A DNA stretch of 63,659 bases, counting the filler, from Lenisia limosa (Eukaryota > Protista > Breviatea), in assembly GCA_001655205.1 (NCBI GenBank). It is 13 parts of 13 records of this genome, joined end to end, with 100 filler letters (N's around TTAATTAATTAA, not from the genome) between each part and the next. Parts side by side here need not be neighbours in the genome. Positions count along the whole stretch, not along the records: positions 1 to 7,407 come from LPNZ01007028.1; positions 7,508 to 15,944 come from LPNZ01006769.1; 11 more parts are not named here. One strand, written 5' to 3'. Below, piece after piece: positions 1-10,883 of this stretch. Below the pieces are notes generated by a model, which saw only the letters and a program-made list of their open reading frames with translations, was not told where the DNA came from and ran no database searches. Made by a program: the position numbers and the translations under genes. How positions within the stretch are numbered: the stretch's first letter is position 1; each line of letters opens with the position of its first letter.

Positions 1-102
1 CACCGGTTTTTGTGGACAGGACAGGGATATGATGTTTTATTATGTGATATAATATGATACTAGCTATATAATCTTTTTTTTATGCCTTAACCAACACGTC
101 AG

Positions 103-3100
103 GGTGACAATACGACCAGTTGATCGAACGTTCACCCCCAGTGTTTCGTTTGAAATTAGTCTGGGTAAGCCTGATTGGGATGGGGCGCCTTGCTAACCCG
201 CTTAGTGTCTATTGTGACAAGTGTCAAAGTGTCGTGGGACTTCCCTCCGTACATTGACCTGGAATCCCCGTCGGACCTTCCGCCAATATCAGTATGCGTC
301 ATGTGCCATGACTCACACCCAGGTCCAGCTATTTGACTCCACGGGCGGTCCAGTGTACGGGGCCAGTGTGCGTGTGCTTGCTGTCGGGTCGGGCGAGGTC
401 GGCTCCGTATTAACTGGAGATGCCAGTTCTTTCTGTGAGGGGGGGGAGGACGTTTTTGAGTGAATAATGGCCTTAAAGGTGTTACTTTTGTAGTTACGTT
501 CAACGCAACAACGCACGAGTCAAATGAGAAGGGGCTGGTCAGCATCTCAAACCTGCGGATAAGAGGCTCATCTGCCCCGACAATCGTAAGTTGAGGACTG
601 TTATGAATTATCCATGCTATTTTCTTGCCTTTTCCTGATTGAACAGACTATGGCTTTGCTGTGCGAAAGTGTTGTTGTTGACGTTTTGGACATGGTGACA
701 GCGAGGCCCTTGCTCGTCAAAACAAACGTCAGGAATGTCCAAGTGCTACATCAGGCCAAATACTCCGTCATTGCCGAGGAAACCGCCTTGTTCACTATAA
801 AAGTCACAGATGATGACGGTCATCCCTTGCCTAATAAGGAAGTTTTTGCTCGACACTATTCCGCAAGTAGGTGACATGAACCCTTTGGTATCGATATTGC
901 TGAATCCTCTCACGCAAAAGCGGTCAATGGAGATTTTGTTCTGTTTGACGATCATTTCACTGAGTGGCAATTCCCCTATGTCAAGGTGAGCACAGTTCAG
1001 CTTCTTATGTGTTGTGTTTGTACATATTTACGTATGCTGGGGAGGCACGCAGAAAGCTGTGTGCACAGAGTTGTAAGGCAAATGATTGGGTGAATTATAT
1101 TATACTATAACCCAATATCGCTTAAGCATGATGGTGTGGACGGCTTCTGCCAGATACTACCTTATTGTTTATTTCTCACTGCTATAGATGAAACTCTTAA
1201 GTATATCATATTGATATACATGTATTATATCAGATATGTATTATAGTATGTGTCTTTATCATGATATGTACTACAAAAGAATATTGGCGTAAAGGTACTA
1301 ATCACGAACCGAATAATCTGAAACTCCAAACAAACAAATAACAAAAAACAAGCAATAACAAACATGAGCAACCAACGCTAAAACTAGACAAAACTCAGCG
1401 AAAATGGTAAAGGGGTACAGAAGTAAAAATGCCCATTACCTTTGTCGAAATTGATTGAACTAAGAGGCAAAGATGACACGAAGGTGTCTGAGGGAAGCCT
1501 AAAACATGAAAAAAGTGCAGAACACTAGGCTAAAAATATTCGATATAGAGGATTATGGACGAGGAGGTGGCCTTCCCTACGTCCCAAAAAGACTGAATTT
1601 CTGGATAAATCCTCGATGAATATCGATATTACACCGGTCTTTTTCGGACCGTAGGGAAGCCCTAGGTGGCCAGACTCCATTTCATATTAAACCTGTGTAA
1701 TTATTCAAGTAAACACTTATTCACGTTTCCATAATAGCTTTATTGCAATGTCGCACTGACATATTAGAACTTGGAGTTTCCCCTAGATGCTGTGACGGAT
1801 TCTTTCGGCTGTGCAAACATATCGATTTCGTTTACATCCCAAGGGTAATCAGGGTGGAATTTTGCTTTTCTTGCTTCTCTGTCATTCACTTCTCATTCAC
1901 TTCTCAGCTCGCATGGAACCCAAGAAGTGGTTTTTGCTGTTGATGGCGTCTTTTCAGAACCCCAGAAAATTGATGTATGTGTAAGTCTCTGTTTTTTATC
2001 CCCCAGGTTGAAACAGCTGTCACCCACGCTAAACTCTCATATGGCGACTTCTGCAATTACTGTGGAGAGTATTCACCCTTTTATGATATTGGAACTGGTG
2101 AATGCAGCCAACTCATCTGTTTGGTAGGTGCTTTGTTAGCTCATTTTCAAGTCTGGCCAATTTGCCATCTTATCCGTTGAAATTGACTGTCTTCTTGAAG
2201 ACTGTAGGCTCCGGTCGAAACTCACCCCCAGGCACCAATATTGCGGATTTTGAGTTGACTATCACTGACGATGCCGGTGTGGTGGTATGCATTTCAGCTC
2301 CAATGCTCAACTTGTTCCACAATTCAAGCTTTATTTTCTGTTCATTCCCCTCCACGAGTGAAAAAAAACAGAACCGATTCTTAGTATGCCTTATTTCTAC
2401 ATTATTATTGTGATCACATTTATCACCCATTGAACTCTGACAACGCGCTTTTCACCTAATAATCAGGTAAAATCCGGGGACAAGGTTCTTGATGCAACAA
2501 ATTTCTTCGACATATACCCTGACCTATCAATGTGGGTGGTCCATTTTTGCCGTGCGCTGTTTTATCTTCACAGGCAATCGATTACCTTGAACCCCGCTTT
2601 AGATAGTGTTTCACTTAGTCCTTCTGGGGATGCTAATGTCTCCATTTCTATCAATTATGTAAGGCTGAGCTAACTACAATATTAAGGTGGTACTGTCAAA
2701 AATTTTAATGCATCAAAAAACCACAAAAATGAATATATAACGTACTTATGTACACTAATAACAATGACAAGGTTCAATAATTGGTTGCATCACAGAAAAG
2801 CAGGGAATAATATTTTCATGTTTTGTGGGGTGGATTTAGATGTAACAAGACATTTTTACCATGAATGGGATTTTATTATAATTCTCTTTAGAGTCCAGAA
2901 GACATTCAAGTTGACTATGTCAACATTGGGGTTTATACTTATGTCAGTCATCAGGTAAGGGCTCTTTTGGTTAACAGTACAGGACCCCGCATCATTGGCG
3001 ATATATGAAACGTTGGAATACAGTAAACTCTACTTTGAGTCTCTATCAGCTTTGGTTAGCGAACGTTCTTTCTAATACGTTCCTCGTTTCCATATTGACG

Positions 3101-6100
3101 CCATAGGATAATGGCTCTCTGATCTTCGAACTACCCATTTGTACGTTGCAATCCATAAATTTTACTGTGTAGCAAGCTTTCTGAATGAGAATACAGGGGA
3201 GTGGTATATTCCTGCCGTAGTAATTTGGTTTGTTCCCTTTTCTACCCTCCTGATTTTCCAGTCTTGGAGACGCAATTTATCCTGTCCTTGGCATCTCACA
3301 AGCTTCATGCAGTAAGCCTATTATTAGGCGTTATATAATTGTGCAGAAAGCGTATGGCTTGGCTATTCGGACGGATACGAGGCTATAACTCCAACAAAGG
3401 AAATTTACCACGGCACTTGTAACGAACCGTTAACAATCACATTCAACATGACAGGGCCTGCAGCCCAACAAAGTAGGCAACTGGACAACGCCTAACTATA
3501 AGGAGACCATCTTGTCCGCATTCTTGTCAGCCAGATGGAGAAGACGATTGTTGACATTGACCCTGAACTCTCCTCTGGCGTTCCTAAACTGATAGCCAAA
3601 AAAGAGTAGGCCATGGTGCTGAGTGTTTACTATCTAGGAGCGTCTCTTTTGACATTGAGTCACTGAGGGAGATTGAAGTCTTTGAAGGGGTGAGCTTTGC
3701 GTTCATTTTGTCAATGAAATGGTATTTCATCTTGTCCTTCACCTTGTTTTTATTTGATTGTACAGTAATTTACGTTAACAGGTATTTGACGTTGAATGGA
3801 CCCCTGATAACGCGGAATTTGATCTAAGTCTCTACATCCAGGCAGGGTGGCACTCAAGGTTTGCTTTGGGCAATGCAATTAAGACTACAAAGTGAGTAAC
3901 ATAGTTTCAGCTGGTTGTTCAATCAAACATTTCCTGTATTGCATCAGATTTCCCAATATATCAAGACAACAAGTCATCTTTCAGTGAATTTGCACCCATT
4001 AGCATCAAGTGCCCCAAGTCAGTCAACATCATGGTTCTACAGACCCCTCACGAGATAGTTTGTTGGAATGCTGAATTATCGTTCAGCAACAACTTGTTCC
4101 GCCCTATCTAGATATTGGCTTTTCTGGTTCAATCCGAGCTATGGTTCATGTCAACAACGAAGTTGACCCCTCTTTGAAGCTGGAGGTGGGATAGAAGCTG
4201 GAGGTTGTGACCATTCCCAAAAATAACTTGAAGCGGTCATTCATTGGTCTGAGAGCTTTTAGGCAGTTGGAATTCCGAAAAAAGTAGTTCAGTCTGGGTC
4301 TCGTGTTCTTCGCTTTGCTTCAACAACCAGTACGCGGTGGTATTCTACGCGCATTTGATACATAGCGTATGATATACTAACATATAGTGGAAATCTAATC
4401 AAATTCAATGAATACTGTTCCAGTCAACTCCTTTGAAATGGAATAGCACTGCCCCCGTTTTCTTTAGACTTGAGTGGATCAATCAACTTCTCCATGCTAG
4501 CTGTGCCTGAAGACTCATTATTCAGTTTACCACCCCGACTCCCAGGAGTTTGAACTTATTATCCACGGTGCTCTGAAACACTTCAACTTGCTTTTGAAAG
4601 TGGGAGTCTTTATTTTCATATCTCAACTGTGCCCCTCTATTTACTTAATTCCGTAGTACCAACTCGGCATCTGTATTGTAGACGCTACAGACCCAAGTCA
4701 ATGCACTGTCCTTCCTGTTAACCTTGTGTCCGAGTCCACTCTCAGAGTAACTCCTGACTACTCAACTTCTTTCGCAAGGTAGGGCTGTCCCGTGATCCTC
4801 CGATTTGTAGAGTCATTTAGCCGGTTGATCGCAATTCATTGTGGTAGCTCTCTCCATTGATTGACCTTATAGAACGAGTGTACCTGGTTCTGTTATTGAC
4901 CCATGCATCAATTTTGATATTTCGTTTTCTGAAAACTGTGAGCACAGCCATGGTGTTCTTGTCTTATTTTGTAGCCACCTTCAGTTTGATCCCAGAAGAC
5001 GTTTTTTTGGGCTACTTCGCGCTCTCTGGCGATAAAAACTCTGGTAATATTCCTTTTGCTGTTTTCTTTTTTGCCATTTACAGCTTAGTCTACCTCAAGG
5101 GGAACATCGGTCTAATGTACGAGTCCAAAATCCACTTCAATGATCTGAATCTTGACTCCTCCATACCAGATGGCCAGTACAGCCTTGACCTACAGTGAGT
5201 AGTTTTTTAGCTGAAATGTTCGATTAGCATGAATAAATAATTATGATACAGGATTGAGTACTAGTATGATATATAGATCATGAGTTGCAAGGCAAATGAT
5301 TGGGTGAATTAATATAATACTATAATCAAATACCTCTTATAAGCGTGATGGCGTGGACAGCTTCGGCCAGATACAACCATATTTTTTTTATTTCTCATTG
5401 CATATAATATATATCGATCGATATAATATATGTATACCTATATGTATATGATATATATATGTAGTATATATATATCTATAATTATTCAGTAAATGATATG
5501 ATATACTATTATATAAATCAGAAAACAACTGGTGCATGATCTCTCACTTCTAGCTTGTTGGCTTTTGAAGGGGCGATTTCAACATCCTTCTCCCTCAAAG
5601 TTACTGTAAGTATTGATAGATCTATGTATATTATATGCCGTTCTCTTCTATTGTGGACAATGAACTTCTCGGTTTTCATTTCTCTAGACAGTCCCGACGG
5701 AGTTGATTGTTCGAAAACCCATGAAACTCAGTATGCGTTTTGGGTATCAAATCATGATATCATATCATTGTATTGATCTAATATGATATTTCCTTTTCAG
5801 CCGTGCGGAAACAAACCTCTTCCCCCAAAAAACGGCTGAAAAGGGGTTCAGAGATACTATTATTTAGTATTGTTTAGAGCTCTAATGCCTTCTCCCACGT
5901 AGGTTTTCTCCTCTCTGCTGTCCAACAAGATTTCCCGTTTATTGTCGGGATCCGAGAATTTATTCCAGTGATGGACGGATCGGTAGCTGTGAGCGGGGTT
6001 TTATTCTTCAGAGTTTCTTATGACAGTTTTGTCATGTTTATGTCATAGGGTCAATCTCTGGAACAATTCACGAACCACTTTCGCATTGAACCCGCGCAAA

Positions 6101-7407
6101 CAAGAACTCAGGTTAGAAATACGCAAAAAGTTACACTGACATTGATTTGGCTCTCGTTAATTTTTTTATTTCATTTAATCCTATTTAGGAGTGCATGGAC
6201 TGTATCAGTCAGTTTGTCACCACCAATCTCCCTTCTGCTGGTATGACAGCTGGCCTTGTTTATGTTGTTCTTCCGGATGAATGACCCGAGAGCATCCAGC
6301 ATAATAGACATTTCTCTCATACTCTTAGATTCTGTTGACGTGTTTCTGCTGTTCAAGGACAATGAGGCTGTTCTGTTCTATTGCGCGGCTGTGTGTAGTA
6401 AAACAATCCTGCGTATGGGGGTGACATTAGTGTATTGCATGCAATGGACAGAATTTCAACCAACACTGGTCTAATTATACAACAATTCCCTTTGGTTTTC
6501 TTGACTGTTTTGCAGTTGGAAGCCGTGCGTCAGTAACGGGTTCATCGTACAGTAACAGTGACCTGTCCTCGCTGTCCGCAATCATTTCAGCCGAAACAGG
6601 TCCGTTACATTCAAGCTCAAATAACTGAGCTCTTTTCCTGTGAAATTCATGAGCTATTCTTGACCTCTGTAGGAACATACTACATTTTGGGCTCAGCGGG
6701 GAAGATTTCAAGCCAGTCGCCATGGTTCAAAGTGTTCAACCCAGTAACAGCGGTTGTCATCAAAAGAATGCCCCGCGGAACTTTCGGGACTAATGATGAG
6801 GTTTGTTCCACTTGAGGCCGCCGTATGGAGCAAGGAGTTTTTGACGAAGTTTGTATGATATGATCTGTTTGATATCATGTGAAACCAACTTGTATGTTGC
6901 TTCTGGACCCATGATAAACAACACCAGAAACAACACAGTTGTTTCTGGTGTTATTCGAGACACGTAACTCATAGCTTAGACGATTGTACGAACTGAGTCG
7001 GAGCAATCGGCATATCTCCTGCAGCCTATTATTGAGGTGGACTTAACCTCCTTCCATTTCCTCATTGTTGCCAAAATTTTTCTTCATATTCTCAGGTCAA
7101 GCTTGACTTCAGCGGGGTGGATCGTCCAGACATTGACATCAATTATGCTCACTTCTATCTACCTGTCTTGGTGACTGTGCTGGAAAGAGGAGTAAGAATC
7201 TTGTGAATCTGACCTTCAGAAAAACAACACGTGGGTGGAGTCCACCACCGAGGTATTCCACAGTGAAGTGGCCTTGACGTCAGCGACTCAACAGACGCTT
7301 GAGTTCACAGACCTCAGGTAAGCAATGCTTGATATTCTCATAAGTGATGGCTGGCTTGACATATTAGGTTCCGTTCTGGACCTTCGGGAGAATATCGCCT
7401 CCAGTTC
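103..7407 (+). CDS. Large multi-exon surface/extracellular protein with Big-1 (invasin-like) Ig-type repeats, partial
   Basis: Many short GT-AG introns link open exons, e.g. VQLFDSTGGPVYGASVRVLAV (~321-440), FTIKVTDDDGHPLPNKEVFARHY (~790-865), ADFELTITDDAG (~2240) and VKLDFSGVDRPD (~7096). These resemble the Big-1 motif V-x-D-x-x-G-x-P-V-x-G-x-x-V. Runs off the scaffold end. Confidence 0.5.
1037..1185 (+). repeat. Intronic interspersed repeat family C (GCTGGGGAGG...GGCAAATGATTGGGTGAATT...GTGGACGGCTTCGGCCAGATAC)
   Basis: Near-identical copies at ~5283-5400, 15846-15944, 19310-19379, 23190-23283 (minus) and 47140-47245, with partial copies at 58065-58130 and 58890-58950. Confidence 0.9.
1569..1664. 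mobile_element. ~100 bp MITE with TAGGG...CCCTA terminal inverted repeats (family A)
   Basis: TIRs (TAGGG)CTTCCCTACG..CCAAAAAGAC / GTCTTTTTCGGACCGTAGGGAAGCCCTA around a conserved TCGATAAATCCTCGA core. At least 11 related copies occur in the window. Confidence 0.8.
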
Positions 7408-7507
7408 NNNNNNNNNNNNNNNNNNNNNNNNNNNNNNNNNNNNNNNNNNNNTTAATTAATTAANNNNNNNNNNNNNNNNNNNNNNNNNNNNNNNNNNNNN
7501 NNNNNNN
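7408..7507. other. Artificial scaffold linker N44-TTAATTAATTAA-N44 (six-frame stop)
   Basis: The identical linker occurs at 7452, 15989, 28896, 33850, 37298, 40355, 45084, 49557, 55742, 57416, 60208 and 62295. Confidence 0.97.
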
Positions 7508-7550
7508 ATATATTACATGTTTCTGTCTTATCTGATGACGCATCCACTAG

Positions 7551-9358
7551 GTATTTCTGAGGGCAAGCAAACTGTTCGCGGCTCAGTGAAGGGATCAGTC
7601 GCCTTTGATGCTGTTTCTCTCTCCATTGGCCAGGAGAAGGTCCGCCATCCTACCGTTCATGAGTGGGTTGGGAAAACAATGGCGGAGGGGAAACAACAGA
7701 AATCATTGCGCCGTTTTGTAAGGACCAAACTTACAATTTTTTTAAAAACTCTATCATGTGCGAAGAGGACTTCAGCATGGTACAAAGTACAAATTTTTGG
7801 TGAAAGTTTTTTTTATAAAAAGGCAATATTTTTGCTGTGTACAGTAGTTTTTTTTTTTTTTTTTTTTTNNNNNNNNNNNNNNNNNNNNNNNNNNNNNNNN
7901 NNNNNNNNNNNNNNNNNNNNNNNNNNNNNNNNNNNNNNNNNNNNNNNNNNNACACCCGTCACAAATTGCCAATGACGTTCAGTAGCTGAATATTGTTTCC
8001 TTTGTAACCTCGCAGGATTCCATCAAAGGAGCCAATTGCTGTTTCTCAGATCAATACCCTCAATTTTGCTGTCACTGTCGTCAACGCTCTAGACAACTCC
8101 ATTTCTGATGCTGCTGTGGGGGAGAAGGGTGTATGGTAGTTTTCTTCCCAAATGTTCAAAGCATAGTTCAGATACTTGCAAGTTGATCACCAATGCTTTG
8201 GTTTTGTTAAAATGAGGCCATTTTGCCCTCATCCTATTCCAGGCTCTTCTTCGTTTTGTTCACGAATCTGGCCGCGAGCTCTTCTTCTACCCTAACAGAT
8301 CCAATAAGAACACTTTTGGCATTGTTTGTGGGAAAAGCGATTCCAGTTATTGGGGTAACATACATATATTGAATAGTCGTTTCAACGTTGCTGATTTTCT
8401 CTGCTTTGTAACACGTTCAGCCTTTAAAGGCAGAGGAGCAGCTGAGTGGGCTTTCCGGCCAGTGGACTGTCACGGCCATTGCCGGCGACAAATGGGCCAA
8501 GCAGATCACCAAGGAGCTCTGTGTTCTTGATGTGGTTGGTGGGGCGGCTTGGGCTCTGATGGGAGATGTAATTTTTTTTTAGCTATTTGTAGTGAAATAT
8601 TCGGTTATATTCATTGTATATATACTATTTTATTCTTCTCATGCTCTAGACCCTTCCCGAGGACTTCAAACAGGTTCCTCAACCGACCGCTGCCGTCCAC
8701 CCTGACTACCATTATATCCCCATCCCTCCCGTGAAGGTTGGTTCTTCCAATGGTTTGACGTTGATTCGATTGGGAAGTATTTGATTTAATCTCGCTGTTC
8801 AAATGACCTTGCGCACTGCCTAAAATTTGCTACAAAGAAAAGAAACCCACCTTTTGATTCTAATTGTTCAGATGGCCAACCCCCTGTTCCCCACCATCGC
8901 CATTTCCGCCATCCTCTTCCTTGCCGCCCTTTTCCTTCTTTCCGTAAGATGGGTGACAAATCTTCTGTTTGGACAACAATTGTAGGGTGCGTTTTGCTGC
9001 TTTTAACTTCTTGCAGTCATCCTTGGTAACACTTTAGGTTGTGGTGTATTTCTTCAAGCACTACCAAATGGCCTTCCCCAAGGGCATGAACCTCCTCTAT
9101 TCCGCCGTTTTCATTCTTTCCCACGCTGCCTTCCTTGCTACTTGCCTTGAATTCTGGCTCGAGACCCCTCTTCTCAACGTAAACTATTGATTTCGTTTTA
9201 ACCCCACACATTTTTTTCTTTTGTATTGTTAGGTCCCATCACAATTCCAGATTTCCCACCTTATTGCCACATCGATGGTGATGATGGGCTTGAGCGGCAG
9301 ACTCCTTGCCTCAGGAATGCAGGCACAGAAGAACGCTGCCGAGAAGAAAATGGAATAG
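7551..9358 (+). CDS. RPN2: Ribophorin II (oligosaccharyltransferase subunit RPN2/Swp1), 5'-partial, multi-exon
   Basis: The spliced C-terminus has three hydrophobic segments, ending ...SHAAFLATCLEFWLETPLLNVPSQFQISHLIATSMVMMGLSGRLLASGMQAQKNAAEKKME*. This matches the ribophorin II tail pattern (GHAAMLGLMYVYW...GNRMLAQQ). Confidence 0.7.
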
Positions 9359-9520
9359 ATGTGTGTTTTTTTATCATTTGGTGCTGTATTTACTTGTTTT
9401 TCTTTCACATGGACAACCTTGTTAAAAATACAATAACTCATATACATTCGTAGATAATACCTAAAATCACAGCCAAAAACTCATATGGCACAAAATACAA
9501 TAAATATTTTACAAACTTTC

Positions 9521-10452
9521 TCAGTAGCGCAGCGACATCATTGAGTTCAGGAAAATGTCGAATACAATAGTGTGGTTTGACACCTGTGGAGTCAAATATG
9601 AAATTCTCTGATACCATAACGTTTACAGTGGATTATTAGGTGGAAAGCATAATGCACTGAGGGGTAAACACATTATATCCTTGTTCCATACCTGCGAAGC
9701 TTCGGAGTCAAGCTTGGCGGCAAGATTGCAAATGCGGGGGCGCTCATTGGGAGGGTGATGGGGAAGAACGCTGTATTCCTGTTAACAAGAGAACAAAAAG
9801 GATGACAAGTTCATGTTAAATTAGAAAAAGGGATTTTGGAAATAAGAAAGCAAAAGATATACTTGTCCAGAAAACCATACATAACACACCCAGCTTACGC
9901 AGAGAGTAGGACGGAGAAGATGGCTTTGAAGGGGACACAGGCAGTGAGGAGTTCAAAGAGGAAGGATCGGAGAGTATTGTAGGAGGCAGCGGTATCAAGC
10001 ATTGAACAAAGCTCATGGATCCGTGTTTCCCAAGGAGATGCAGCAATTCCAGCAGGGACAGGGACTCGGGCAAGAAGGCATCTTGACCTCAAAGCTTCAA
10101 TCACACCAGAGGGATGGGTGGCCGTCAAAATGAAATGATAGCGAGCAAACTTCTCAATTGTCCTTCGAAGAATGGCCTGGCTTTGAAGGGGGAGGAGATC
10201 TACATCATAGAGGATGACAACCATCAAGTTTTTCATCATCCCAGCCGAGTGAGGTAGTTTCTCAGCTAAAATCTTTCTCTCATTAGGCACAGCTTCTCCT
10301 AAATTTATCTCAATTGGTTTCACCTTTTCATTTGAAGGAGATTCCTTCTCAAATGACTTGATAATCTTTTCAACTACCCCATATCTGGCAACAGGGCACT
10401 TTCCAAACACCAATACGTGTCCATGCGGGGGAGTACTCGAATCAAGATTCAT
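9521..10452 (-). CDS. RFC3: Replication factor C small subunit, RFC3 (human)/Rfc5 (yeast) type, divergent; 3 exons
   Basis: VVILYDVDLLPLQSQAILRRTIEK and IEALRSRC (SRC arginine finger). Spliced C-terminus ICNLAAKLDSEASQ|VSNHTIVFDIFLNSMMSLRY*. Confidence 0.8.
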
Positions 10453-10883
10453 TTTAACAGTTTAATTTTACAAACTTGATGATTATTGACACTGTTATAC
10501 AAATTTTAGAAGAGGCGTGGAAGCGTGGATGAAACACAATTTTAGCTTAAAAAGGAAATAGACTGGTTTTATGTAGTAAATTCGTAAAAACTAAAAGTGC
10601 ATTTTTTCCATTTTTCGAATTGTTTTCACCCCTTTCTTGTAAATATTTGTACTTTTCTACATTGTTCATATCATTTTGTTTAAGAAATACCAACTAAATC
10701 CAACTTGTTTGCTGTTAAGTTTGTGCTACAGAAGCTTGTCCTTTGGTATAATCCTTAATTTGAGTTAGACATGTAAAGAATGACCTAAGAGCTCAGGGAA
10801 ATTCCAATAAATGGTCATCTGAGTGCTACTTCGTTACTTTTTATCCAACTATTCCGTCCAGAGTTGCTGTAGCTAACAGCACT

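Noticed and set aside
1078-1185. Family C as a C/D-box snoRNA, hammerhead or UUCG-hairpin RNA
   Set aside because: There is no terminal CTGA D box and no CTGANGA/GAAA core, and the GGC-TTCG-GCC stem is broken non-compensatorily in several copies.
150-7400. Apparent in-frame stops and frameshifts suggesting an alternative genetic code or a pseudogene
   Set aside because: They resolve as short GT-AG introns. Conserved genes (SmF, RPN8, ATG8, B55) translate in the standard code, and SmF, RPN2, B55 and RFC3 end in TAG or TGA.
7452-7463. TTAATTAATTAA recurring 12 times between N-runs
   Set aside because: Artificial six-frame-stop scaffold linker, not a biological repeat.
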